In this document: piece after piece, positions 35,659-44,386 of the stretch
Layout: every line of letters starts with the position of its first letter
How positions within the stretch are numbered: position 1 is the stretch's first letter
Notes under the pieces: generated by a model
Databases searched by the model: none
Told to the model about the DNA's origin: nothing
The model's input: only the letters and a program-made list of their open reading frames with translations
Sequence record: NC_041871.1
Reading direction: 5' to 3' (one strand)
From: Escherichia phage Murica
Length of the DNA stretch: 64,000 nucleotides
Made by a program: the position numbers and the translations under genes

Positions 35659-35922
35659 ATGAACATCCTGATGTGGGTTGTAGCAGTGGCGTTTGTTGCA
35701 TGTTTTTGCTGCTGGGTTGCGGTGAGGATTTCTGTAGCTACCCTTCGGAAGTTGGGGTTCTCAGAGTGGGATATTAATATCCTTTCTTTTCGCAATGAAA
35801 CAATCTCAGCCGCCCTGCTCTGTAAGAAATTCAAGTGGGAACCTTGCGAGGTCATGAACTATCTAAGAACGGGAGATATCCCTGAAAGATTTAAAAAAGT
35901 TCTTGACGACAAGGATAAATGA
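35659..35922 (+). CDS. small membrane protein
   Basis: 87 aa; N-terminal TM segment ILMWVVAVAFVACFCCWVAV. Confidence 0.4.
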   Translation: MNILMWVVAVAFVACFCCWVAVRISVATLRKLGFSEWDINILSFRNETISAALLCKKFKWEPCEVMNYLRTGDIPERFKKVLDDKDK

Positions 35923-36077
35923 TAGTATAGTGACTAACAAGAGGTGAGGAATGACTGATTTTACTGAAGCTTTAATGATGGCCTTGTCTGTTTTAGCGCT
36001 ATCGGTGTGTTTTGGGGCGTTATTCACATCTCTGGTTAAAGTTTTACATACAGTATTATTACCCAAGGAGCGCAGTA

Positions 36078-36329
36078 ATGACGAAGATTGACTTAAATGC
36101 TGGAGACCATGTTGTTGTCAAATGCATCGGAGATTATCTTGGATTCACAATCGGCAATACTTACGAGGCGGTAGTGGCGAAGGTTTACCATGATAAAGTC
36201 CTCAGTCTTGTATTTGACTGCGATGATGATGGGGATGACCGATACGTCTGTGAGGTGCTGGCACGAGACGATAGTGAAGACCAGAAATTCCTGGTTATTG
36301 AACTGAACGGTATTTTTGTAGAACGTTAA
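36078..36329 (+). CDS. small acidic protein
   Basis: ATG 36078 after AAGGAG; ORF-track start 36012 has no RBS. Confidence 0.4.
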   Translation: MTKIDLNAGDHVVVKCIGDYLGFTIGNTYEAVVAKVYHDKVLSLVFDCDDDGDDRYVCEVLARDDSEDQKFLVIELNGIFVER

Positions 36330-36357
36330 TTTAAAACAACATAAGGAGACTCTTACT

Positions 36358-36663
36358 ATGGCTAAATCTAAAGTTGAACTGTTCACCTCTCTTCCTTCTG
36401 ACACTGCAGAGCGTGATCGCCTTCGCAAAACAATCGAAGAACTGGTAGAACTCCAACTTCAGATTAAAGATCTGAAAGATGCCATTAAGGATATCATTCT
36501 CGTTGAGAAGCAGGATCACCTGTATTCTCCTAAATTCATCAAATCTCTGGTGGCTACCGAGTTCGATATTCGCTATGAGGCTGAAAAACGTCGCGCTAAA
36601 ATCGAAGAAGAGGTTGAGCACATGTCTGAGGCAGACATTCTGTTCAAACGCTCTGTAGAATAA
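36358..36663 (+). CDS. coiled-coil protein
   Basis: 101 aa, charged heptad-like pattern; strong AAGGAGA RBS and terminator immediately downstream. Confidence 0.5.
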   Translation: MAKSKVELFTSLPSDTAERDRLRKTIEELVELQLQIKDLKDAIKDIILVEKQDHLYSPKFIKSLVATEFDIRYEAEKRRAKIEEEVEHMSEADILFKRSVE

Positions 36664-36672
36664 TGACAAAGA

Positions 36673-36697
36673 GAGGGGCTTGGGCCCCTCTTTTTAC
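36673..36697 (+). terminator. intrinsic terminator
   Basis: GAGGGGC-ttgg-GCCCCTC followed by TTTTTACT. Confidence 0.8.
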
Positions 36698-36718
36698 TAT
36701 CTATGAAGGAGATTTGAG

Positions 36719-37045
36719 ATGGGTATACCAATCACTGTAAAAGAATTGAATGAGCGTGATGCAGGCGGTCTATGGCCTGCACGAAAAATCCGCTGCGTCT
36801 ATATGAAAGAGAATCTTGAACATCTTGATCAACAGATCAAGGTCGGTGATATTTTTGAGGTCTTCTATTCCAATCGTCGTAACTGGGAAACCATTCAACC
36901 TTCTGGTTTTGTTCTTGCCAAACTTGACACTGGAGAAGTGATTATCCCTGGGTTGGATATTGTCTTCGAAATTATCCAGGAGTGGGATCCGGATAAGATT
37001 AGATACGAAGAGTTATTCGGTAAAGGTATTATCAAACCTGTGTGA
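36719..37045 (+). CDS. hypothetical protein
   Basis: 108-aa ORF. Confidence 0.4.
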   Translation: MGIPITVKELNERDAGGLWPARKIRCVYMKENLEHLDQQIKVGDIFEVFYSNRRNWETIQPSGFVLAKLDTGEVIIPGLDIVFEIIQEWDPDKIRYEELFGKGIIKPV

Positions 37046-37353
37046 GGTGGATTATGTCTACAAAGGCGGCTAAATACTCCTACATGCCATCAACCTCTGC
37101 AGAGGTAGACTTTAGTTTCGATGTGTTTCCACTGTTTGAGGTGGTTCTGGCATACCCAACAATACTATCTACTCCTGAATCACTTGTACCTGTTAAGTTG
37201 CAGAACGCTATGCATTCTATGCACTACAACAATAAATGTAGGCACAGATGGTGTCAGGACGAGGAAAAAGATTTGGATAGTTTGAGGGATTTTGACAGTC
37301 ACCTTTTGACACCTTTCAGCTACTCCAACCTTGATAAGCCCTCATGGGTATAG
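37042..37353 (+). CDS. hypothetical protein
   Basis: 103-aa ORF with overlapping start. Confidence 0.4.
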   Translation: MRWIMSTKAAKYSYMPSTSAEVDFSFDVFPLFEVVLAYPTILSTPESLVPVKLQNAMHSMHYNNKCRHRWCQDEEKDLDSLRDFDSHLLTPFSYSNLDKPSWV

Positions 37354-37377
37354 CAAAATATCAAATTTAAGACACCT

Positions 37378-37405
37378 AGGACGCTCTGTGGCGTCCTTTT
37401 CTTTA
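37378..37405 (+). terminator. intrinsic terminator
   Basis: AGGACGC-tctgtg-GCGTCCT followed by TTTCTTTATCT. Confidence 0.75.
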
Positions 37406-37566
37406 TCTGGTGCACGATTGCATACCTTGGACAGATAATCTCGTTACAGAGCGTTTAAGAGCTTTCTACAAACAAGTCTCTCTTTCGAGCGTAGCGAGAA
37501 CGCACGTCCGTTTTGACCAAAATCACCATACGCTCGGATTTTAACCAAACCCTCGCGGCGTTGCTG

Positions 37567-37595
37567 TTGACACATTACCGCTCCCGTGATAGTAT
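37567..37595 (+). promoter_or_regulatory. sigma70-type promoter TTGACA-17-TAGTAT
   Basis: Consensus -35 with 17-nt spacer upstream of the small ORF at 37616. Confidence 0.55.
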
Positions 37596-37615
37596 CCACA
37601 CACAGTTTGGAGAAT

Positions 37616-37717
37616 ATGGAATACACAATGAGAACATTGTCTGAAGTTTTAGTGGTGATCCTGATGATCATTACTTCCATAGCGGCTGTTGCCGGAATAC
37701 TCACGGGTGGAACATGA
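37616..37717 (+). CDS. small hydrophobic peptide (about 30 aa)
   Basis: Single TM-like segment LVVILMIITSIAAVAGIL; stop overlaps ATG of ORF 37714; start ambiguous (37616 or 37628). Confidence 0.3.
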   Translation: MEYTMRTLSEVLVVILMIITSIAAVAGILTGGT

Positions 37718-37926
37718 TCAACACACATGCACCTGAAGAGACATCCAAAGGAGTGACCATATGTCCCTTGGCTGAGCCAGTTAGAGAGGAAAACTTAGAT
37801 TCTGAGGACTCTTCATCTTCGTCCCAGACAGATCCTGAGGCTGATGACCTGACGTGGGAGGACATCGTAGATATCTGGTTCTCTATTATGCCTGAGCACG
37901 AAGAGTTCAGAGGTGGTAGACTATGA
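37714..37926 (+). CDS. small acidic protein
   Basis: 70 aa, serine/acidic-rich. Confidence 0.4.
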   Translation: MINTHAPEETSKGVTICPLAEPVREENLDSEDSSSSSQTDPEADDLTWEDIVDIWFSIMPEHEEFRGGRL

Positions 37927-38046
37927 AGCACCGAGCCCACACAGGTTCCTCATGCTAAAGCATGGCCTGAAGAGGCAAACGTGTATAATTCCTGTGCATT
38001 GTGACGTATAAAACCCGTTCACACTCTCATTTCCAGAGGAGATTTT

Positions 38047-38262
38047 ATGAAGATAGAAATATTTGGTGGAGCTGACAACACTCGTGGCCTGATTTACCTG
38101 GAATTCGATGAATCATACCTGCCAGAGGTGTTAAATATAGACTCTGTTGCTGAGGCTTTGGGAGTAAACCCTAAAGAACTCCACTCTTGTGCTGAGATCG
38201 ATGGTTGGGAAGAGACCATGAACATTGATTTCAGTGAAGTAGAGGATGAACCGCTGGACTGA
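38047..38262 (+). CDS. small acidic protein, MKIE paralog family (probable)
   Basis: MKIEIFGGADNTRGLIYLEF; last plus-strand gene before the non-coding gap. Confidence 0.45.
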   Translation: MKIEIFGGADNTRGLIYLEFDESYLPEVLNIDSVAEALGVNPKELHSCAEIDGWEETMNIDFSEVEDEPLD

Positions 38263-39739
38263 CACACAATTAGCTGCCCGGCTAAAGTGCTGGAGCACCT
38301 ACAATACATCTTTCAACTAAATTTCCCACCACCACAATCACTTACCTTCCACACATGACTGTTTGCTTGTTTAGTGAGCAGTCATGCCTTGACATTCTTG
38401 CCTATCCTGATAAAATTAAGTTCTTCTCTTTTCTTTTACCGAGTAATTCGGGTTTTCTGTTCTCTTCGGTTTGAAGGGGTATGGAGATACACCTGAGTGA
38501 ACATGGTGAACAACCGAACATTTGGCTATGGCATTAGCATGGCGAAGCGGACGGGTGACGAAAGAGGGGCCGGAGGACACCAGTCACTGCCATATGATAT
38601 ATGGGTGATAACCTGAAGAGTCTGAATAAGTGTTTAAGTACCAGTCAGAGGAAAAGGTGAATGGTAGCCGAAGGGGGAGGGGGGTTTCTTGTATCTTTAA
38701 TTTGTATATTATGTATACACTCGTAAACCAATCTCATCTGAATCTGTTTACCACACAAAGTAGATAGGGACAAATATCACCTATTAAACTTGAATTATTT
38801 ATAGAAAATACCACAACACCACTTAAGTCTTTGATTTTACACACAAATCCTACAGATATTCAACCTCTATATTTAACATATTCATAACATATTCCATACT
38901 CTACCTGTCTGATCAATTTACCCAACCACATCCTCCATATTTTCCCTGTCTGTACCACCCCTGCCCCGCCGGGAGTCCCGTCATATCTGGCTTTCCAGCA
39001 AATATCACACCCACAAATATCATTGCCTGAAGAGGGTTTCATCCCATAGTACATGCCTTACCTGAAGAGCGCTTCATACACCACGTAAATTTTTTAATTT
39101 ACCCCCCCTCCCCGCCGCCGGAGTGGTCGGCTTTTCCCACACAGGCCTGAAGAGTCAGCCAGAAATATCTGAACAGGTCCAGTTATACCACGATTTTGAC
39201 CTGACCGACAGGAGTGCTGCCAGGCGGACGGAATGGGAATACTTCTCATTCTTATAATAATTCTCAAATATCGAGGCAGTGAGGCAAATTAATAGGTGAG
39301 GCCGTTCACACAGTGGCACAACATTTGCAATCTATTTTGTGAGGGTGAATGAGAATACCTATCATTGTGAGAACTGTTATCATTACGGGCAATTTAACAT
39401 AATACCCATTATGCGCACCACTGGCGATCCATACAGGGATTGATAACATGAGTTACAGTTTACGCATATAACAATCATATTTCTTACTATTTGTGTGGGA
39501 TATAGTTAGCAGCCGATAGATTAGATATTGACCTGTGGACTTCCAACCGTCTAGACGTCTAAACGCCCACACAACAAGGATTATACATACATTACTGAAT
39601 GTAAACAGGGCCGCAAAAATGCTACCATACCAGATTGTAAATTTTTCATGCAGCACTTGACAAAGAGGAGAAAAACTTGTCTGACACAATATGACATACT
39701 GGGCACATTAAACACACTTTAGACTTAATTGACATGCCT

Positions 39740-39862
39740 GACTGTTTACGCTGTCACTATTCACGCTATTACTATTCACTCCCTTTACTGTTCACGCTCT
39801 TACTGTTTACATGCTTAATGGTTTACATGACCAATAGTTTACATAGCTAACTATTTACATGG
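39740..39862. repeat. array of eight tandem 15-17-bp iterons
   Basis: Head-to-tail units ending TT(T/C)AC(G/A/T) with 15-16-bp period (e.g. ctgtcactattcacg, ctattactattcact, ctcttactgtttacatg, ccaatagtttacatag). Confidence 0.75.
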
Positions 39863-39871
39863 AAATGATAA

Positions 39872-40153
39872 GCCATGCCATTCGTTTGCATGATAACTAT
39901 TAGCAAGTTAATAATCTTTCGCTGGCTATGCCAGGTGACCTTTGGTCACCCCTTCGGGTGTTTCTATGACATAATATAAAAGCAGGGCAACTATTAGAAG
40001 ATCTATAGTTGCCTTGCTTGTTATGTCATGATTAACTAAATACAAGGCAACTATGATCTGATTAATAGTTTGCAAACAAACTATCACGGGGGGTGATGGT
40101 TACTGCTTTTATATTATGTCGCGACTCCGTCGCGCCATGCCATTCGTTTGCAT
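39872..40153. repeat. 262-bp dyad-rich element bounded by exact 20-bp direct repeats
   Basis: GCCATGCCATTCGTTTGCAT at 39872-39891 and 40134-40153; internal inverted repeats GGTGACC-ttt-GGTCACC, GGCAACTAT..ATAGTTGCC, GACATAATATAAAAGCA / TGCTTTTATATTATGTC. Confidence 0.75.
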
Positions 40154-40765
40154 AGTTGCCTTATTGTTACAGATAAAATAATTGTATTGTTAATTATTTC
40201 TTATCTTTCTCTTAGTCATCTAATGATTCCAGTCAGTATAGTAATGTACAGTAAACATTAGACGACTAAAGATTTATATGCTTATAATAACTTACAGTGA
40301 CAATTTCGGACTGTTTACGAAAAATGTTGACACCTGAGCCGATTTATGTTATGCAGTTTACACGAATAATTATTTTATGCAGGTATTGACTATTCCGTTA
40401 TTCTATGGTCGGAATAAATACTTAGCAGTCTATAGAATGGTGACGCTACGTGAATTCTGGAATTTAGTGGCTATAGTTATACCCGATTTTTCACGTAGAA
40501 CACGCTTTTGTGGTTATGTAAGTGTATGACTTATAAAGATTTTTAGTTGTTGACAAGACACTGAAGATATGCATCAGGTTAAATTTTGTGCAATAGCTGC
40601 ATTACGTGCAATTTTGGAAGGAAAAACGTGTAAAAATGGCCCTGCTACCACACAATGAAAGATTATGCAATAGCTATTTTATATGTATGTTTGTACAGTG
40701 TGTGGGATTGATGGCTAGTCAATTATTCCACTTGCCAGGTGGGGACGTTTGTGGTAGGAGAAATA

Positions 40766-40798
40766 CAGACAAAAAGAAAGGGGCCTTTTAAAGCCCCT
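40766..40798 (-). terminator. intrinsic terminator for minus-strand gene 40817-41236
   Basis: Minus strand: AGGGGC-N8-GCCCCT followed by TTCTTTTTGTC. Confidence 0.7.
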
Positions 40799-40816
40799 GA
40801 TAGTTTAGTTAAGAAA

Positions 40817-41236
40817 TTATAATGATTCGTATATTTCATAGATTCGATTTGCCAGGTCGTTACGGTAGCGGAATTTTTCCTCACGTTTGATCATCAGATC
40901 TTTAAAGCCATATTCTTTAAGCACTTCATTAACTTTATGGCGGCATACCTTCATATTATCCTGTGCGTCACCAATAAACTTGTTGCTATGGTGCATGGCT
41001 TTAATTTCTTCTTCCAGGACCAGGGCAACTATGCGGACCGGATCAAGCTGATAGGCGGTAACATCAATGCGGCATTGTAAACGGCTTTTTACGTCTGCCA
41101 CCGGATATACTGCAACCTCTTCCCCGTCAACATTGACAATAATTAGTTTACCATCGATTTCGAATCCTTTCGCCGCCGGACCGTGACAAAAAGCGTTATC
41201 AAAGCTATATGCCGGATTATTAGATTTAATGTTCAT
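40817..41236 (-). CDS. hypothetical protein
   Basis: 139-aa ORF with promoter upstream and terminator downstream. Confidence 0.5.
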   Translation of the reverse strand: MNIKSNNPAYSFDNAFCHGPAAKGFEIDGKLIIVNVDGEEVAVYPVADVKSRLQCRIDVTAYQLDPVRIVALVLEEEIKAMHHSNKFIGDAQDNMKVCRHKVNEVLKEYGFKDLMIKREEKFRYRNDLANRIYEIYESL

Positions 41237-41285
41237 GGTGTTTTTACCTCTTAGTTAATTTTCTTACAACTTCCCTTCAAAAAAG

Positions 41286-41314
41286 AATATAGCAAAACTG
41301 CCGATCCTTGTCAA
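41286..41314 (-). promoter_or_regulatory. sigma70-type promoter TTGACA-17-TATATT (minus strand)
   Basis: Consensus hexamers upstream of gene 40817-41236. Confidence 0.6.
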
Positions 41315-41381
41315 CCAAGGATAGCATAATTTTTATGTGATCAAGGGGCTTTATTGCCCCCTGATCGTGCAACTTGTTGTA

Positions 41382-41645
41382 TTATTTGTTACTCATCCAG
41401 TTTTCCCAGGCTGCCTGATAATCTGCCTCACTGCGGCGGATCTCTTCTTGCTCTTCAAGTCGGATCTCTTCTTCCAGGTACCCCAAGATATCGGCTTTCT
41501 TGGTCTGGCGTAACATCCAATCATCTTTTTTACGGGTAAAGATCTTATATGCTTTCTCGCAAACCTCTTTTTTGCTACCTTTTTGGACTTCAAGAACTTT
41601 GTAGGCCATGTACTGAACTAGTTTAAGCTGATCAAGACGTTTCAT
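41382..41645 (-). CDS. hypothetical protein
   Basis: 87-aa charged ORF. Confidence 0.4.
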   Translation of the reverse strand: MKRLDQLKLVQYMAYKVLEVQKGSKKEVCEKAYKIFTRKKDDWMLRQTKKADILGYLEEEIRLEEQEEIRRSEADYQAAWENWMSNK

Positions 41646-41705
41646 GATGTTTACCTCTTTGTGTGGTTCTGATTAGTGGGCCTCCCGGCCCGTGTCATTA
41701 TCTTA

Positions 41706-41978
41706 TTACTTACGGCGGCAGAATTCAAGCGTTTTTAATTGATAATCTTCCTCAGCCTGGAGTACAACCGCCTCGATCATTTCGTTGGCATTGTTGAAGC
41801 CATACCCTTTAGCGAACTCGTCCGCACCACCTTCGTGATCATGTTCTGCGTTCATCGCTTCCACAAAATGGAATTCCAAATTGTTGAGGTAGGGGCTTGA
41901 TGTGCCGTCTTCTTTTTCGATGAGATCCCAAATAGCATTAAAACGTGATTCGACTTCTTGATTAATCCAGCTTGACAT
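41706..41978 (-). CDS. hypothetical protein
   Basis: 90-aa acidic ORF with AAGAGAGGAAAA RBS. Confidence 0.45.
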   Translation of the reverse strand: MSSWINQEVESRFNAIWDLIEKEDGTSSPYLNNLEFHFVEAMNAEHDHEGGADEFAKGYGFNNANEMIEAVVLQAEEDYQLKTLEFCRRK

Positions 41979-42032
41979 AGTGTTTTCCTCTCTTCTGGTT
42001 GTTGTGTGGGCACCTTTGCCCCTTCAAGATAA

Positions 42033-42061
42033 ATGTTACCCCACCCCATGGCAGATGTCAA
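42033..42061 (-). promoter_or_regulatory. sigma70-type promoter TTGACA-17-TAACAT (minus strand)
   Basis: Upstream of gene 41706-41978; second candidate TTGACT-17-TATTCT at 42138-42166. Confidence 0.5.
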
Positions 42062-42196
42062 CGGTTTTTATAGTTCTTATATGACAGGCAGGCCTGGTGA
42101 TTGTCTCCCCCTGTTCCCAAGTGCCGCCCGTTTAATAAGAATAGCAAAAGGGGCCGAACAAGTCAACCCCAAAATCAGTACCAAAACACTTTTTAT

Positions 42197-42508
42197 TTAT
42201 ACGGTCCGGTCATTGGCCTTTGTCCAGGACCTGGCGATCCGTTTCCCAGTCACCTGGAACGGAGACTGCATTGTGTGTAATGAATCCAGCGTAAGGGAGG
42301 ACCGTTTACGGCGTATCTTCAGGATCGCCAATGTATTGTCCATCTCACGGCCAGGTCCTGGGCGGTATGGAGTGCCTCCAGCGTTAAGGTTGATGATCTC
42401 ATGTATTGAGATCCGGCGTTGTTTTGCTTCCGCATCTTTGAAGATAGCCAGCGGTGGCGCTATACGTTGCCGATACCAATCTAAAACGGTTGGCGTAATA
42501 GCGATCAT
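42197..42508 (-). CDS. hypothetical basic protein
   Basis: 103 aa; start overlaps upstream stop. Confidence 0.4.
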   Translation of the reverse strand: MIAITPTVLDWYRQRIAPPLAIFKDAEAKQRRISIHEIINLNAGGTPYRPGPGREMDNTLAILKIRRKRSSLTLDSLHTMQSPFQVTGKRIARSWTKANDRTV

Positions 42509-42696
42509 ATTTTACCCCCTATGTAGTCAGGTCGGTTTTTCTCTGTCATGCGCTTTAGCAATTCGTGCATGTTACTTATAGCTTGTAGTGTATCCTCTTC
42601 CAGGCTTGAATCAACATAATCAGGATCGTCTATGACCTTTCTATGATTATGATAACGCAGTACCGCCAATACCTTTCTAACTTGTTCAGTATTCAT
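42505..42696 (-). CDS. hypothetical protein
   Basis: 63-aa ORF. Confidence 0.35.
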   Translation of the reverse strand: MNTEQVRKVLAVLRYHNHRKVIDDPDYVDSSLEEDTLQAISNMHELLKRMTEKNRPDYIGGKI

Positions 42697-42712
42697 TTTA
42701 CATCTCCCTTAC

Positions 42713-43003
42713 TTATTGTTGGCGGTTTACGTAAGCTTTACCGTTTACCGTCATCGGCAAATCTTCCAGGTCTGGATCTTCCTTAAGGTCGCGAGCAAGT
42801 TCACCGCACCGGATACCCTCGAATCCGTAGTACTCTGTTGTACCGTCATTAAAAGTTTTAGTGGCAAGGCATAAGCGATAAGTAACCCCGATTCGATTGA
42901 CGGCATGAATATCCGTTAGATTAACCTCTTTTGCCAGCTCATTAGCCATTGCAGGCGCACTAAGTCCAACAACCAGGGCAACCACTGCGATCATCTTTTT
43001 CAT
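42713..43003 (-). CDS. secreted (periplasmic) small protein
   Basis: N-terminal signal peptide MKKMIAVVALVVGLSAPAMA with AxA cleavage site; two Cys in mature part. Confidence 0.5.
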   Translation of the reverse strand: MKKMIAVVALVVGLSAPAMANELAKEVNLTDIHAVNRIGVTYRLCLATKTFNDGTTEYYGFEGIRCGELARDLKEDPDLEDLPMTVNGKAYVNRQQ

Positions 43004-43094
43004 TGTGCCTATCCTCTTTCTGCTACGTTTAAGGCGGCGGTAACCGCCTGTTTATGATTTGTTGGTTAATTTTCGGGTATCGGTATAAATTAAA

Positions 43095-43310
43095 CTATGC
43101 GGTACGCTCAACTATAACAACGGTTTGGGGGATCTCCCCTTCCACCACTAGTAAGGCCTTTTTCTGCGTGATAGATATCTTTACCCGTTGCAGCGTGGCG
43201 GTGAAGTCTTTCATTTCGTCACGCGGTGTTTTAGTGCAGTACCAGATCTCAGGCTTGCCGATCTGTAAGTTGCGTAAAAATTCTGTTTTGCCCGTTTTGT
43301 TAGTGATCAT
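43095..43310 (-). CDS. hypothetical protein
   Basis: 71-aa ORF. Confidence 0.35.
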   Translation of the reverse strand: MITNKTGKTEFLRNLQIGKPEIWYCTKTPRDEMKDFTATLQRVKISITQKKALLVVEGEIPQTVVIVERTA

Positions 43311-43501
43311 TTGCCAACCTCACCCGATACCGTTGGAAGACAAGATCATATTAGACATGGTTGCAATCAGGCCAATACCCAGGGCAATAATCAAGATCGC
43401 TGCATCGATTAATTTCTGTTTCATGGTGTTTATTCTCTTCTGTTAGTAACCTTATTCATGGGGCCGCTACCACAGCCCCAGGGTAAGGCGGCTATGTGCT
43501 T

Positions 43502-43747
43502 TTAGTGTTTCATTCCAACCATCGCGGCACGGATCGCCGTAGTGCTGTACTTGAAGCCGTCCGGGGTCTTATCTTGTCCGGTTAGCTCCAGAAAAAGCAT
43601 CATATCCCGCGCCGCATCATTACGATTAGCATTAGCGTTAATAAAGCCTTGGGCCAACCGGTACAATGACTCATCGTTATTAATCCAAAGGCTTACATTC
43701 CAATGAGTTTTGTTTTTGTAACCGTTATAACCTTTATTGCTTTTCAT
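43502..43747 (-). CDS. hypothetical protein
   Basis: 81-aa ORF. Confidence 0.4.
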   Translation of the reverse strand: MKSNKGYNGYKNKTHWNVSLWINNDESLYRLAQGFINANANRNDAARDMMLFLELTGQDKTPDGFKYSTTAIRAAMVGMKH

Positions 43748-43839
43748 GGTGTTTACCTCTTCTTTGTTCCGGGGTGGCGGATCATTCTACCACCTTATGT
43801 ATTATGCTTTGTTAGATGGTTGTTTGTTGTCAAACTATT

Positions 43840-44019
43840 TTAACGATAATCATCGTACGCTTTATTAACCTGGCGAATATAACATTCAAAAGCTAGATCA
43901 ATAGATTCATATTCACGGATATACTCACCATAGGAAACCACATACATTTCTATAGCTTCCTCATATGCGAGGAGAATAGAATCTAAGCCTACGATCTCGG
44001 TCTTTGCAATAATAGCCAT
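43840..44019 (-). CDS. small acidic protein (59 aa)
   Basis: ATG 44017-44019 after GAGGATAAAAATC; downstream of promoter 44071-44098; below ORF-track cutoff. Confidence 0.35.
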   Translation of the reverse strand: MAIIAKTEIVGLDSILLAYEEAIEMYVVSYGEYIREYESIDLAFECYIRQVNKAYDDYR

Positions 44020-44070
44020 GATTTTTATCCTCTTTGTGGTTGGTGGGGCTTGTTGCTCCCTTTGATTTAT

Positions 44071-44098
44071 ATATTACAGTTTTATATGGTCATGTCAA
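44071..44098 (-). promoter_or_regulatory. sigma70-type promoter TTGACA-16-TAATAT (minus strand)
   Basis: Consensus -35; adjacent to A10T5 homopolymer tract 44107-44121. Confidence 0.5.
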
Positions 44099-44104
44099 CT
44101 ATTT

Positions 44105-44332
44105 TCAAAAAAAAAATTTTTCTGCTGTGATATTCTTCCCGGTAGGGTTCGCTACTTTCAAAATTTTATCATGCACTGGACGCCCAAAAGAATAAGCGCC
44201 GTACACAGTAAACCAATAATCGCCGTCAGGTTGTACTATTACCGCCGCATATGGTACGCCTTTTTCGTTTTTGCTGACAAAATAGATCACATTGCCATTA
44301 ATAGCCTCAGCGCGTTTAATTTGTTCCATCAT
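44105..44332 (-). CDS. hypothetical protein
   Basis: 75-aa ORF. Confidence 0.4.
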   Translation of the reverse strand: MMEQIKRAEAINGNVIYFVSKNEKGVPYAAVIVQPDGDYWFTVYGAYSFGRPVHDKILKVANPTGKNITAEKFFF

Positions 44333-44386
44333 GATGATTTACCTCTCTTTATTTTCATAATTGGGGCCTTTTCGGCCCCGCCAGGT

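Noticed and set aside
38860-39689. Minus-strand ORFs 38860-39054 and 39453-39689 inside the non-coding gap
   Set aside because: No RBS or promoter context, odd composition, and they overlap the CCTGAAGAG repeat zone
38263-39700. tRNA genes in the large non-coding gap
   Set aside because: No GTTCRA T-arm, no acceptor-stem pairing with CCA-proximal ends and no anticodon-loop context found on either strand by eye; cannot be excluded without tRNAscan
39872-40153. Miniature transposable element with target-site duplication
   Set aside because: The 20-bp flanking direct repeats are much longer than typical target duplications and the element ends lack terminal inverted repeats; the internal dyads fit an origin-like structure better
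40606-40791. Plus-strand 61-aa ORF at the right edge of the non-coding gap
   Set aside because: Isolated, no RBS, runs into the terminator hairpin of the minus-strand block; most likely not coding
42033-42581. Plus-strand 182-aa ORF, and minus-strand 92-aa ORF 51331-51609, sharing peptide TGRPGDCLP
   Set aside because: Both run through non-coding repeats; the shared peptide is a by-product of the repeated GC-rich DNA motif; no RBS; the 42033 ORF overlaps real minus-strand genes
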